From: Octopus sinensis
Taxonomy: Eukaryota
Length of the DNA: 64,000 bases
Direction: 5' to 3'
Assembly (NCBI RefSeq): GCF_006345805.1
Contig: NC_043001.1
Span: 31,496,001-31,560,000, forward strand
Made by a program: the position numbers and the translations under genes. Positions 27,739 through 41,879 of the stretch are shown here, piece by piece. The first letter of the stretch is position 1, and every line of letters starts with the position of its first letter. The notes below the pieces were generated by a model. That model made no database searches and was not told the DNA's origin. It saw only the letters and a list, made by a program, of their open reading frames with translations.

Positions 27739-28649
27739 TTGGATCATCCCATAAATAATGTGTTTTTTTAAAATACTTTTTTATTTTCCAAAATTAAGAT
27801 AAAGTTCTTCTTTAATCTAAAATATACTCTCCTTCATTTTCTACAATGCTCTTCCATCTAGCTGGTGGACTTGTAAGGCCCCTCTTCCAAAATTCACTCT
27901 GTGATGAAAAATATTCCTCTAACTGTTCTGATCTCATCTACAGAACTTAATTTTTTCCATCCAAATGATTTTGAAGACTGTGGAATAAATGATAATCAGA
28001 TGGAGCAATGTCTGGCCAATTTGGTGGGTGGGGCATCGTTTCCCATTCAAACTGCTCCAGCCTTTGGAATGTCATCCTCGCTGTATGTGGTTGAGCATTA
28101 ACCTGATGGAAGAACACCTTTTGTCTTGAAACCAAAGATCGTCGTTTTTCGTCTAGTGCTGACTTGAATGACTGGTTGAATGACCAAGTGCAAGATTCTC
28201 TGCTAGTTCCTCAACAGTTATGATGGGATTTTGTTCCACCAAGGTTTGCAGGACATCCTTGTCGAGCTTTACAGATCTTGCAGGATGAGGCTCATCTTCT
28301 AGGCTGTAGTTTCTGGCTTGGAATTTCTGGAACCACCATTGATATTGGCTCATGCTTATTGTCCAATCCCCATATACTGCATTAATATTCTTTGCACTTT
28401 CTGTTGTGCTGTTGCCTTTATTGAACTCATAAAGCAAAATATGCTGAATATGCTCCTTTGTCACTTTCATTATAACTGAAAAAATAACTGTTAAAATCGA
28501 ATTGCACTCTTCAAAACTTGCACTAAGAATAAGGACAAGGTAAAATTACTACCTGCTTTCATAGCAAGTTGATGCAGGTAGTTTATCCCGTCCCCCTCCA
28601 ATTTTTCATGCAATTTTGAAAAAACTGCATTATTTATGGGATGACCCAA
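27739..28649 (-). mobile_element. Mariner deletion derivative (911 bp), transposase pseudogene
   Basis: TIR TTGG(A/G)TCATCCCATAAATAATG with TA TSD at both ends; N-terminal HTH (KEHIQHILLYEFNKG...WFQKF) and catalytic HPPNWPDIAPSDYHLF present; central WVPHEL/first Asp region missing. Confidence 0.93.
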
Positions 28650-28890
28650 TATTTCAAGGGACATTTCAACAAGCAGATAACTTTCCCTTGATATAAAGAA
28701 ATATGGATTTAGTTAGTCATCAACAAAACTATAGCACAGAAAAATGAATCCACATGAGGACAGGAGGGTTTCTTTTTAAATGGATGTAATTCGGGATGCT
28801 GAGTTAACTTCAAATTTGTTTTTCCACTTGTTTTTCAAAATTGCTTTTATCTATAAATGTTGTGATTTGACTATAATAAAGTAATGTTAA

Positions 28891-29112
28891 CCCTTTCATT
28901 ACCAACCCAGCCGAAACTGCCTTCTGGCTCTGTAGTACAAATGTTTTGTTTACTTAAGTTTTGAATTAAAATCTTCCACCAAACCTTTGTCACAATTTAT
29001 GTTACTGACACTAACTAAATGGTAACTAAGTTATTTTACTAAATTCTTTGTCACATTTAAAATAATTGAAAGAAACACAGAGCATCTCAAAATAAATACG
29101 GTAATAAAAGGG
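28891..29112. mobile_element. piggyBac-type MITE family B
   Basis: TTAA|CCCTTTC ... AAAGGG|TTAA. Confidence 0.8.
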
Positions 29113-29817
29113 TTAAAGTTTCTAGCAAGTGAATCTACAAAACAAGTTTAAGTCCTAAATGTGCCATTTCACTTCAATTATTTTTTTGTAACAGTGATTT
29201 CTGGCTGTAATCAGCAGCCTATTAGAAAGATGGGCTTCACCTGGCTAACTTTATCATATAAGCCTACGTGAAAAAGAAAGCTAGCTGGCATGTGATTAAA
29301 TGATTCATTCATTTTTGCACAACTTTCTCATTCCCATAGTGATTAATATAACACTTGAAAAGTATTGAGGTTTGAGGAATAATCTACAGCCAATCAACTT
29401 TCTACCTGCTTGTAATTCTAACTCCAAAATAGAATCAGACTCCACCCACCTCCTTTGCCTACAAATAATAAAAAAGACTACATGCTATAAAGAATCTGTA
29501 AGGAAATATATAAATAAATATGAAATCAAACAGAAATGCAAATGCTAAAAAAATAATCACTAACCTGATGAAGAAGCTTAAGCTCAGTAATTAAACTAGC
29601 TTAAAATGGCTAATTTCCAGTTGATTAGATAAATAGTATGAAAAATATAATAACTGGTGTCATTGTAACTTATTACTTATGAGCTGGATATATGTAAGTA
29701 TATAAGAGGAAATAAATAATTCCTGGGAAATACAGTCTTCTGATCCCAAGTGAAAAAAGAGACAACTGGAGTGTTAAGAACTGAAGGAAATGGGTTGAAG
29801 TTGGATTATAGTTATTA

Positions 29818-30175
29818 GGTGTGGGCGTGGCAGTGTAGTAAGAAGCTTACTTCCCAACCACATGGTTCCAGGTTCAGTCCCACTGCTTGGCACCTTGGGT
29901 AAGTGTCTTCTATAGCTTTAGGCCAACCAAAGCCTTGTGAGTGGATTTGGTAGAGAGAAACTGAAAGAAGCCCATTTTGTATATGTGTGTGTGTCTTTGT
30001 GTTTATATCTTACCTCCGCTGCTTGTGTCCCCCTAACTTAGCAGTTTGGCAATAGAGACTGACAGAATAAGCAGCAGGCTTAATAAAATAAGTACTGGGG
30101 TCAATTCATTCGATTAAAAAATTCAAAGTGGTGCCCCCCCCCCCAGCATAACTGAAACAAGTAAAAGATAAAAGA
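29818..30175 (+). mobile_element. tRNA-derived SINE (family 1)
   Basis: Homologous to 50425-50793. Confidence 0.8.
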
Positions 30176-30429
30176 TTACTTTAGTCTCAAATCAGACATT
30201 TTTGAGCAGATCTATAACCAAAAGTGTTTCAGCAATGACTATTCCATCCAGAAATATATTATCCAATGTTTCTTTCCTTTTTGAAGATGGTAAGGTAGGA
30301 TTTAAGATAATTTGACAGCTATTTCCTTGTTGGCTTATTGGATGGTGGTTTGTGTATGATTGTACAAAAACAGTGAAAAGACTTGGATTTGAGGTGGTTA
30401 AAACAAATATAAGAGGGAATGAATTTAAA

Positions 30430-30613
30430 CCCTTAGCATTTAAACTGATCATATCTGGACAATATATGTTCAAAATGTCCTGATCCTGCCTCTCACACCT
30501 ACCCTATAATGTAATTCTAAAAATAAACAGTCATATCATCAAAATCTTGACATTAAAAGATAAGGTGAATAAATATGCTGTACATGTGACAGAGAAATCT
30601 GAATGCTAAAGGG
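30430..30613. mobile_element. piggyBac-type MITE family A (degraded)
   Basis: Homologous to 495-713; ends CTAAAGGG|TTAA. Confidence 0.65.
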
Positions 30614-30929
30614 TTAAAGTAAACAAAGAATGATACATTCAAATTCCAGTATCAAAATTTATAGCAACGTTGCCAATCACTAATTTAGCTAATTTTAAAT
30701 ACTGGCCAAAAAAAAAAAAATATTTTTCTTGTTAAAACTACTTTTGCAACTGTTGTTTAGCCTCCACATCAACCCTCACCAACAAGACCTATGATGAAGG
30801 GCATTTCAGCTGCGACCAGCCTACCATTTTTAGGGGTATGCTGGAGCAAAGCTAATGTGAGTTTTCTACATTTAAACTGGTAGGGTATGAGTTGAAGGAT
30901 TGCAGCGATTTGTAACAGGTGGAGCAACC

Positions 30930-32000
30930 AAACAAATAGAATTTAAAAGAGCATTTCAGTAATAAGAGAAAGCTTTGGTACCTGACTATCAGTATACTCA
31001 ATGAGCAGGCTAAGATTTAGATTAGGACTTTGCAGATGTGGAAAACCAAGAAGGATGTGGGAAGAATTGGTCAAATCTGATCTCAGGACACTGGACCACA
31101 TGAAAGAAATGATGACATACTGCAACAAGTGTTGAGATACCTTACTGGAGAAGACAAATCTAATCCAAACCAGCAAGGAAAGAAATGGACATAAAATGAT
31201 ATCGATGAGGATTAGATGTCGTCAAGATGCTAACACCATCCTCCATCTTTTCTTCATGTTAATCCTTACTGTAGCCATGGGATGTTATGGTATTTCTACA
31301 TGGAGACAATATGAGTTTCCAGAATGGTCAAAGAGCTTAAAGATGAGAGCAATGTTGGATCTAAAGCACTATTTAAAAGTAGGTGCCACAATATAAGATT
31401 CATCAAAGAATTAGTTCTATTTAATATGTAGGAAAGGAGTAGGTAGTTAAATGAATATTTTGAGGATGTTGTATGAGGATGAGGCATCTATTAGAAAGCG
31501 TAGCTAAGAAGTGAAGACTTTTGGCTGCTTAGATTACTGGAGGATAAGAGGTTACATAGAATAGGTGCTAGAGGTGGATTTAATACAGGGGTGACTAAGG
31601 AATTTTATGCTAATTAGTGATAAAATATGAGCCCAAAAGACAACTTGCAGTGATAGAGTAAAAATGTATTTGATATGCAATGTGGATTTGAGACTAAGTG
31701 CAACTAAAAGGAGGTTGAGAAAACATGATTAATGAATTGAAAAGAAATAAGGATGTGAGTAGGGAGAAAAACAGTGTCATATAAGGAATACATGAAGAGT
31801 TATTTAAGAGAAGAATTCTATATGAGATGATATCAGAATTTAGGTTTGGATGGCAGCTAAGATCTACAGGATAAAAGTAAATGAAAATAAATCTTGGTTT
31901 GAATAGTTATTAATTCATGACCTCTTTGTAAATGATCTAATTAGATTGTGTATGGATTAAAGACCACTGTTATAATGCTTTTAGGACCCTGATAAAGTTG
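30930..32000 (+). mobile_element. Highly degraded LINE fragments
   Basis: GKPRRMWEELVKSDLRTL resembles the RTE C-terminus; the remainder is purine-rich and too decayed to classify. Confidence 0.35.
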
Positions 32001-32358
32001 TTAGATTAGAGGAAAGGAAGGATATAGTAATAGAGACCAGTAGTAGCTTTACATTTCTGAAATAAATGCCAATCTATGGAATTTCAAATCTATCCTCCCT
32101 AAACTCAAATGTTTTATGGGTTGTGTATTAGTTAACTAATTAATTAGCAAATAAATCAATCTATCAATGTCATGAGTACATGACGGAAAATGACAAAAGC
32201 TATGTACTCTCTATTTTTTTTTGTATAAGACAAATTAGATCAGTGAGGAGTTATTTAGAATACATCTTTGATAGTCTAGCCATCAAAACACAGAATTTTG
32301 ATATTAAGTAAAGGTTGTTGTATATGTCATTTTATGAAAGATATGAAAACATGATTTA

Positions 32359-32622
<264 letters not shown>

Positions 32623-32699
32623 CTAGATGGAACAGAATGAAGTTTGATGTTTAAGAACTTGGAGGTGCTACAAATATATTTCATTAAAAATGGTTCTCA

Positions 32700-33950
32700 A
32701 TAAATAGAAAGATAGAGAGAGAGAGTATTTCTTTATTCACCATAAGGTTGAGAAAAAGAGGGGACAATACGAGGACAGACAAAACAAACGTTGAGGTCAG
32801 GGTATCGAATGAGACGAAACGTATAAATAAACAAACAATTAAAATATATACAATTAAATGAGAATGAGTGATTAACAAAAAATGAAGCGGAGGATGCAGT
32901 TGACCCCACAAACCACATACTCACACTGAAGACTTTGCTTTCTCCCTTTTTACATTCTCGATTAAACAGGTTCTTTCACTCGCAACATACTTGCTATATA
33001 CTTCCATCTTTTACGAAACACACTTTGCGACAGGCATTTCTTCTCCAGCCTTATTTTCCGTTTCATGTGGAAAACTAAAAAGTCGATTAGCTCGAGACTG
33101 GAGATGAACATGCCTGTTGCAATTCCTTTCACTCTCGTCTTCCATACTACTTCTTTCGCCATAGCAACTACCGAGAGAAAACAGGCTCGCTCCTCCCTAT
33201 TCAGGGAGAGAGAGAGAAAAGGGAGGCATACAATGTCTACAATGTTCTTAATTAGTATTCTTATTAATGATTTAAAACCTATCTCTTGCAGAATTAGTTG
33301 ATCCAAGAAGGGTCACTTTTTTTCTATAGTCCCTATCCTTTATTACCTCATCAGAGTGCCCTAACTATTTAAAGTTCGCAGTAACTATCGTTTATGTCTT
33401 CCCTGGTTTATCTCTTTACTTTGTAAACACTCTAAGAACTTCTTCACCCAGTGTATATCTCCCATTTAAACTTAGATGCACATGCTTAGACTTCTGATAT
33501 TCAAGAGATTCCTCAACTCATTTGCACTAAATCAACTTGCAATTTTCATTCAGTTTTTTCATTCATTTTTTTCTCTCTTTATTACTGTACATTATCCCTT
33601 CTACCAACAACTTCTTTCTCTTCTCTGATATTGCTAATATCACCAGGTTTATTTTTTTTAACACTGATATGGCCGTTCAGGTTTGCAATACAGTTTCTTA
33701 TCTACATATCTTAATTCAGCATCATTTCTCCATTAAGATTAATCTTCTTGTACCTAACCAAACCACTTCCTCTCAAATCTTAGTACTTTTGAGCAAATCA
33801 TGCTTTCACTTAATATGTACCATTAATTTACATTATCTATCCATGTTAGTCAAACTCTGTCGACACACCTTTTTGTAAGCAAACATTGCGCATCCAACAG
33901 ACAACCCATGTAGCAATTGTTGCAGATGCTCTAAATTCACTGTGTATGCT
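32700..33950 (-). mobile_element. Tx1/L1-like LINE 3' fragment with AATAAA
   Basis: FLSVVAMAKEVVWKTRVKG...KRKIRLEKKCLSQSVFRKRW resembles Tx1-type ORF2 C-termini; AATAAA on the minus strand at 32737-32732, followed by (CT)n. Confidence 0.55.
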
Positions 33951-34012
33951 TTCTACAATATATTTCTTACATATACTTTATGAAGACGAGCTTTGGTATT
34001 GCATGACATCAA

Positions 34013-34165
34013 CACCATCATCATCATCGTTTAACGTCTGCTTTCCATGCTAGCATGGGTTGGATGATTTGACTGAGGACTGGCGAACCAGATGGCTGCA
34101 TACTGATCTGGCAGAGTTTCTAACGTTGGATGCCCTTCCTAACGCCAACCACTCTGAGAGTGTAA
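34013..34165 (-). mobile_element. RTE LINE 3' UTR fragment
   Basis: (CAT)n followed by gtttaacgtctgctttccatgctagcatgggttgg. Confidence 0.75.
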
Positions 34166-34246
34166 AGTATAACAATTTCCCATGTTTAAAGCCAGTAGTT
34201 TGCTTATATCTCAAACCTTTGTTGGCTGAGTTCAGGTCATGTTTAA

Positions 34247-34466
34247 CCCTTTAGTGTTTAAACCGGCTGTATCCGGCCTGAATATTCTACACATTTTATG
34301 CTCAAACTGGCCAGAACCAGCATCTCACACCTACCCTGCAATGTCATTCTAAAAATAAGTAATTACATCTTTCCTATCTTGAAGCTACAAAATAATATCA
34401 GATAAACTTTTTTTAATGTGAATAAATAAGGATTACTTTTAACAAATTAATCTGAATGCTAAAGGG
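34247..34466. mobile_element. piggyBac-type MITE family A
   Basis: TTAA|CCCTTTAG ... CTAAAGGG|TTAA. Confidence 0.8.
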
Positions 34467-34474
34467 TTAAAAGT

Positions 34475-35290
34475 TGAATTAATCATCGTTTTCATCATTG
34501 CTTTAACATCCAACTTTCCATGTTTGCATGGGTACAACTAGATGTCCCTTCTCTCACAAACCCTCACCTATGTCCATGCAATGTTATATTTCCCCATGGC
34601 CAGAAGATTGGAAATGAACGATGCCTCTTGTATGAGAGACGAGACATTTACAACTGTTATATGCCATCAAAATAAGGAGACACTAACACACACACATGTT
34701 GAGCTTCTTTCAGTTTGCATAAACCAAATCACTCACAAGGCACTGGTTGGTCTGGGGCTATAGTAGAAGACACTTGCCTAAGGTTATCCATAGTGGGACT
34801 GAACCCGAGTCCACATGGTTGAGAAGTGAACTTCTTAACCGCAATTATGCTGCACCTAATCTAAAGTATATTTTCAACTCCAAAAGAAACTGCCATTAGG
34901 TTCAGTTAAGTAGTTACAGACAGTGTTCACTTCAAATTGACAAGCAATACTTTATTATGTTTAAGCTAGGCGGTTAAAAAAGTGGAAAAGCTGACATTTT
35001 CATTTCAGAAGTGAATTAAGTTTCATACAACTTTATTCAGAAATATATACTCTTTTTACTTGTTTCAGTCATTTGACTGTGGTCATGCTGGAGCACCGCC
35101 TTTAGTTGAGAAAATCGACCCCAGGATATATTCTTTGTAAGTCTAGTACTTATTCTATCGGTCTCTTTTGCCGAACTGCTAAGTTATGGGGACGTAAACA
35201 CAGACATACTAACACGCACACATATATATATATACATATCTATGACAGGCTTCTTTCAGTTTCCGTCTACCAAATCCACTCACAAGAAAC
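34475..35290 (-). mobile_element. Two family-1 SINE copies (34475-34856; 35055-35290)
   Basis: Homology to 11751-12135 and 8783-9215. Confidence 0.7.
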
Positions 35291-35326
35291 ACTACTGGAA
35301 ATTTGAAACTTAAAGATTTTGATCTA

Positions 35327-35614
<288 letters not shown>

Positions 35615-36004
35615 TTAAATACCAGGGAAGCATTTAATATAACAAAATTCAGAACACTTGAAACTTCATGCTAAAAACGGATGGAAAAATTTAGGGTCTG
35701 TATTTTTCAGGTGAGAATCAAACTGCTGGCATTATTGTTCTGATTATAAAAAAAAAAAACAAAAAAAAAAAAACAACAACATAAAATTAGTTTAGGCTGG
35801 ATATTTGGTGACAGTGAAAGATAATATTGAAAAATATCAAACAAATACTGAGCATTGTTTAGGTAAAGAAAACAGACTACAATACTTGAGAGCCTCCACA
35901 TTTGCTGTCTACTTTGTATCCCATTTCACAATATACACACTCTTCTGAAACTATTCTGTTCCATTCCACCAAGCTTATTGTCTGTCTGTCTGTCCAAAGC
36001 TGCT

Positions 36005-36475
36005 GCCACCACCACCACCACCACCACCACCGATTAACGTCTGTTTTCCATGCTGGCATGGGTTGGATGGTTTAGCTGAGGTCTGAAGAGCCAGCGGCTG
36101 CACCAGGCTCCAATCTGGTCTGGCAGAGTTTCTAAAGCTGGATGCCCTTCATGACACCAACCACTCCGAGAATGTAGTGGGTGCTTTTTACATGCCACCG
36201 GCATAGGGGCCAGTAAGGCGGGTCTGGCAACAATCACATTTGGATGGTGCTTTTTATGTGCCACTGGCCCTGAAGCCAGTAAGGTGAGCCTGGTAACCAA
36301 CATATTTGGATGGTGCTTTTTACATGTCACCGGCCAAAGAGCAGGTCAGGGGTTACTGGCACTGGTCACGATCGGTTGGTGCTTTTTATATGCCACCAGC
36401 ACAGGAGCCAGTCAGGCGGACCTGGCATTGACCATGTTCGGATGGTGCTTTTTGCGTGCCATCAACACGGGAGTC
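36005..36475 (-). mobile_element. RTE LINE 3' UTR with expanded 66-bp minisatellite
   Basis: Unit starts at 36181, 36247, 36313, 36379 and 36445 (GTGCTTTTT...GGATG). Confidence 0.85.
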
Positions 36476-36544
36476 TGTCTGTCTATCTATCTATCATTTG
36501 TTAATGTGTACATACATACCAAGTGTGAAAATACCTTTATTTCA

Positions 36545-37300
36545 GATGATCGACCTCCTCAGTGTTCATTCCATTACTGTCAAACAATATGCCCCAAAGT
36601 TAGGCTCTCTCCTCACCAAACCCTTCAATCTACATTCCTCTCTCAACAAGAATCTACTCTGATGTTTTGAAACATGCTACAGCATTCTCAAGAAGGGCAA
36701 CCTCTCTGGCCCTACCATCTATGATTCTGTCACCCTCACTTCCAACATCTAAAAAACGAACAAGAAAGTGATTAGCAACAACCACATCCAACATCTTGAC
36801 ATGTTCTTCTTTCTTAATGATTATCTTTTTACCAGAGACCTGCTCTTCTTATCCATGTGCCATCACCCTCAAGAAATTTGATGAAATCAATGTTGCTTCA
36901 CTTGAAATTACAAAGTATTTGACTGTTTGGCATGAGAATTTGAAGCTAATCCGTTTGTCTATGGACCCCATCTTGCTCACATCTTTTGTGATAGGAGACT
37001 TCCCCCTAGATCACACCATGTACTAATAGCTTTTTTCCCTAACTCACATGTCATCAACTCCTATGCACTCCTAGTTTGGTTTCATCCCTCACATTTTACC
37101 TTCAATACATCAACAACCTACCTGCTGTCACTACTGCCCATACCCATGCCTAACAACATGGATAATGCTACTCCTCACTCTCTAAACTTCTGCACCCAGA
37201 TGTCACCCACATGTAACCTAGATGCCTAAAGCCAAACCTGTGCTACACCATAAACAGGGATCTTGAAAACGTTCTCAAATTGGGTGCTGTCAATCTTGTT
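36545..37300 (+). mobile_element. Degraded CR1/L2-group LINE RT fragment
   Basis: KQYAPKLGSLLTKPFNL, KKGNLSGPTIYDSVTLTS and SLEITKYLTVWHE resemble CAPEL..LFN, KKG..SDPSNYRPISLTS and LDISKAFDRVWH. Confidence 0.55.
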
Positions 37301-39728
37301 TCTTTCATCCTCATCCTCATCATCATTTAATGTTCATTTTCCATGAGTTGGCCGGTTTGACTGAAAACTAGTAGCAGCACCGGGTTCCAATCTGATCTGG
37401 CAGAGTTTCTACAGCTGGATGTCCTTCCTAAGGCCAACCACTCCAAGAGTGTAGTGAGTGCTTTTTATGTGCTACTGGCATGGGTGCCAGTTATGAAACA
37501 TTGGCATCGGTCACAACTTGAACATCATTAATGCACAGTCACTACATTCACTTTACAAGACTATAGAATTTCTGAATAATAGACATTTTGCACAATAACG
37601 GGCAGAAAGATCCTTGGTATGATTGCTTCCTTGGCAATAGTCACGATCATATTTACAAAAGAACAAACCTGGTTTTGAAATCAACGACGCAGTAGATATA
37701 ATTTCACATAGGTCAAAAACAAAAACAGTAAATAGGATCTGTATTTGTCACAGAAAACCATACAAGTCTGAATATACTCAGCAGTATACAAGTTGAACAG
37801 TTTTACCTTCAATACTGTAGGCAAGCTTGGAAACCATATTTGTAAGAAGATACAAATGAAACTAAACTAAGCTCTTATGAAGATAAGTGGTTCCAATTAG
37901 GATACATTGAAAGAAGCTGCCGGGATGATACTATATCTACTACTTTCTTCATAAATTTGAATGTAATTGAGATGTCTTTGCAATTTCATATATGTACACT
38001 CTGTAAATGACTTCTGATTTAAACAATACTCTCTATAACACTAAGGTGTGTTTAAAATGAAACAGAATATAATCCAGATTGGATCTAAAAGATCGAATAA
38101 CCTGAGTGAAAAATAATATGTTATTGAAGTTAATATACGAATTTTGTGTAAAGCAATGAGTGGGCTGGCAGAAATGTTAGCATACTGGGCAAAATGCTTA
38201 GCGGCATTTCTTCTGGTTTTACATTCTGAGTTCAAATACTGTCATGATCAACTTTGCATTTCATCCTTTTGGGGTCAATGTTATTGGTTTACTCCCTTCC
38301 GTAAAACAGCTGGCCTTCAGCCAAAAAGTTTGAAACAAATATATCAACTTTGTATCCAAATGATGAGTCCTAATATTAGTCAAAGATGACAGTAAAGATG
38401 ATTTTTTATTGCATAGCTACCACACTACCTACGAATCTACATATGATTCTGAAATATAGTCTTGCATAAGGTGCTTATGAATTATTTTTGGTTGAGAAAA
38501 ATAATATTGTTTATCTATAAAAATGTAATTTTGACTGCTGCCTGGTATTTAATTGTCTGATATTTTGTAGCATTTTGCTCTATATTTTGTAATCACCAGT
38601 TTTATATCTATGACAATTACAACTTGGTACTGAGTAAAATTTCATGCAGTTCCTGAAGCAGAATGAATAAGATCAGTTACGAAAGAAGAAGCTATGAAAT
38701 TAATTGCCTTGAAAATCAGGACAAAATTTTAAAGTTGGTGTCACTGGATTCAAATAGCAAATTTAAATCAACTACACTTCAAAATAATCATATCATCCAT
38801 GTTTTCTTTATCTAATAATTGATTGGCACAAGAACTTTGATATTTCATTAGTAATTTTCATACTCCATTAGCTAATAAATCAAGTTAATTGCCTGAACTT
38901 TCATGAATAGAAGCATTTATAAATGAATGACTTGAGAAGTAAGGAAACTGAAGTTATGACTTATATCAAGGCACTTATGACATATGTCAAAGTAGGTCAG
39001 TTAAGGGATAGCTATTAAGATATTGAAGGCAACAGGTCATATGTTGGTCACTCATTTAATCAGGTGCTTGTTGTTTAGTCTTGGGTTTGCCTTGATCCAG
39101 AAGAACAATGATCAACAAATTTAATCTGTGACCAATTCATCTCTCCAGACATAGTTCATATCAAACTACATTATCCAATACATCTGTCTATTTTAAAAGA
39201 CAGTAGGTGTGATTTGGGTTAATGTTGACATTATTACCCAGAAACGAATTCGGAAAAAAAAAAAAAGTGTAGAAAATGAATCTGAAAACAAAAATTTCAG
39301 CATGAAAAATTGCTAAAGCAAAGTGAAAACATTGGATACCATTTGAAAACTAGTGATTTTTAAGAGCTATGTAAAAGATATTTTGTTTTAATATAATACT
39401 TAGCTTCACACAAACACTAACGTGGCTTTTATAAGGATTTTGTATCATTCTTTCTCTCTCCCGTCTAGACTTCATTACCACTAATTTTTATAGAGGTGCA
39501 CTTGTAAAAATTTAGCAAAATTTTAAAGAAAGAAACAGACCCCGTTTTCCGGACAAAAAAGGGTTTTGTGGCATATTAGGTCACTGTAATTCATTCATCA
39601 AAAAAAAAAAGAAAAACAGTTTCCAATAATTCCAGTTTCCTCCCACCCTACTTTTTTCTGAAGAAAAATAAGGGTTTGCGGCACATTAAGCATCCGTAAT
39701 GCATGCTGCTTAAAAGATATTTGTAGAC

Positions 39729-40150
39729 AATTTCATTAAAAGATATCCATTTTCCCGAAAGTTACAAGGGAAAAACTTGGATCGTGTGAATTTTCCGAAG
39801 TCATCTCCCCACCTGTTGCTTTTTGCGCATTTTTATTTTCAGATTTGTTTCCTACATGGGTGTGAAGTAGAAAGATGTCCATTTTCCTCAAAGTTAAAAG
39901 AGAAAAGCATTGGATCTTGTGAATTTTCCGAAGTTCTCTCCCCACCCTTTCAGAAAAGATTTTCCCCACAAATTTCTTTATAATTATAATCTATACTGTT
40001 TGAAAGGTATTTATATAAAATTTCATTAAGAAATAACCCATTTTCCTAAAAGTTACGAGGGAAAAACATCAGATCTTGTGAATTTTCCGAAGGCCTCCCT
40101 GCCCCCATTGCTCTCCACACATTTTTGTTTTCAGATTCGTTTTCTGCACC
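39729..40150. repeat. Three dispersed ~55-bp direct repeats (CCATTTTCC..AAGTTAC.AGGGAAAA...GATC.TGTGAATTTTCCGAAG)
   Basis: Copies at 39747-39800, 39879-39933 and 40038-40092; the first and third share ~125 bp. Confidence 0.8.
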
Positions 40151-41879
40151 TTTTTTTTGGTTTACACCTGTTGCAGTATTTTTTTTTTTTCGATTTCGTT
40201 TCTGGGTTATAATGTCAACATTCACCGTGATTTGCAAGAGATTTAGTTGCTATTTTCTAAAAAGTCAAACAACCAGATTGAGGATCCCTCATTGGCTGGT
40301 ACTTAATCAGGTAGTTCAGTAAGGTACCATCTGCACTGACTGATTAAGTAGTATCAATCAAATGCTTACAAAGGAAAAAAAGAGATGAATTGAAGATGAA
40401 CAATTAAAGACCTCTCGAACAACTGGACCAAGTCGTCAATGAAGCCAAAGAAGGGTTTTAACGATGTCCCTTGCTCTGTATTACACTAATCATAGATTAA
40501 CCTTGTGAAGACTGAAATTTATATATGAAGATGGTGTTAGAAAGTTTAGGGTTAGCAACATGGTAAATATCCAGTAGGATTCTGTCATCAACTCTCTTCT
40601 TCATCATCATTATCAATTAACATCCATCTTCTATGCATGCATGGATAAAATGGTTGACAGGAGCTGGTCAAGTAGAAAACTACCCTAGGCTACTATGTTT
40701 GTTTTGGCAGGGTTTTTATAGCTGGATGCCCTTCCTAACACCAACCACTCTGCAGAGTGTACTCAGTGCTTTTTATGTAACACTAGCACAGGCGAGGTTA
40801 ATTTTGGCATGATTTTAACAGCTGGATGCCCTTCCAAATGCCAACCACTTTACAGTGTGGATTGGTTGCTTCTATTCACAAAAGTATGGAATCTGGATTG
40901 TTACATACATGGATTTTATATGTTGATGAGCAGGTCTTCAGAGAAAAATCTGTTGAGAAGTAGTGGGAAAAAGTTCTAGACAGGGAAGCAATGTTTAAAA
41001 TTTAAGGCTTAAAAATCAATGTAGAAAAGATCAAATTGCCAGTTAGTAAAAGTGAGAGCAAAATCCCAGTGCCAGTTGGAAAATAGCCTTGCTTGATATA
41101 CAGGCTGAAAATAAGGAATTCAAAGCTGTGTATTCAGTGGAAGCAGTGGATACACAAAATGTGGAATACAATAAAATGTTGCGGGGGGTACCCAAGAAAT
41201 GAATTTCATGAATTGTTGAGGTGGTTCACTACATCGAGTGAATTTACAATTGGTAGATAATGTAATTGGGAATGGATGTAGTTGTAGTGAACATATAGTA
41301 ACAAGAATAAGAAAAAGAATGGAAAAAGTTTAAAGGATTGTTAACTTTGTTTACAGTAATGTGTATTTTTGCTTCATTAGAAAAGCAGGCAGTATGAAGT
41401 ATGCACAATAAGTGTTGCTGTACAATAATGAAACATAGGTGTTAATGTAGAGAGAAATGAAGCAACAAGGATATGTTGAATGGCTAATGTTAAGCAGTAT
41501 GATAGAGAGACAGAGCAGAAGTGAGCCACGAGGTTGCACATTAAAGGCTTCTGCTGAAGTTTGTAGAAGAGCAGATGGGTGCTCATGGAAAAAGTGTTGA
41601 GAGCAACTGATGGCAGGATACCCATAAAGACAGAGGACTGGAAGATGTGACAAAAGAAGATGTTGGGTATGAAAGGCTGGGTTTCAGAAGAGATGATGAA
41701 AGACAAATGTCTGATGAGACACTGCACAGTAGAATTGTTCTAAAAACAGGTATTACAACCAGCAGTAATCCAATAGTTATAAATTCAAGCCATTTCACTG
41801 CCCAAGATGTACATTAAATGTATATAAAGATGATAGGATTGAGGATGAAAGCAATCTCAATCAGCAATAAACAGCCTTG

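Noticed and set aside
33537-33878. 113-aa plus-strand ORF
   Set aside because: Antisense to the purine-rich Tx1-like LINE fragment; low-complexity F/L/I content.
36181-36475. Regularly spaced repeats as a CRISPR-like array
   Set aside because: Whole units are homologous (no unique spacers), the context is eukaryotic, and there are no cas genes.
36034-36670. ORFs 36034..36330 and 36284..36670
   Set aside because: Produced by the 66-bp repeat and LINE sequence.
40300-40350. 11-bp stem hairpin as a pre-miRNA
   Set aside because: Stem too short and loop too large; the flank shares sequence with 25715-25745, suggesting a repeat remnant.
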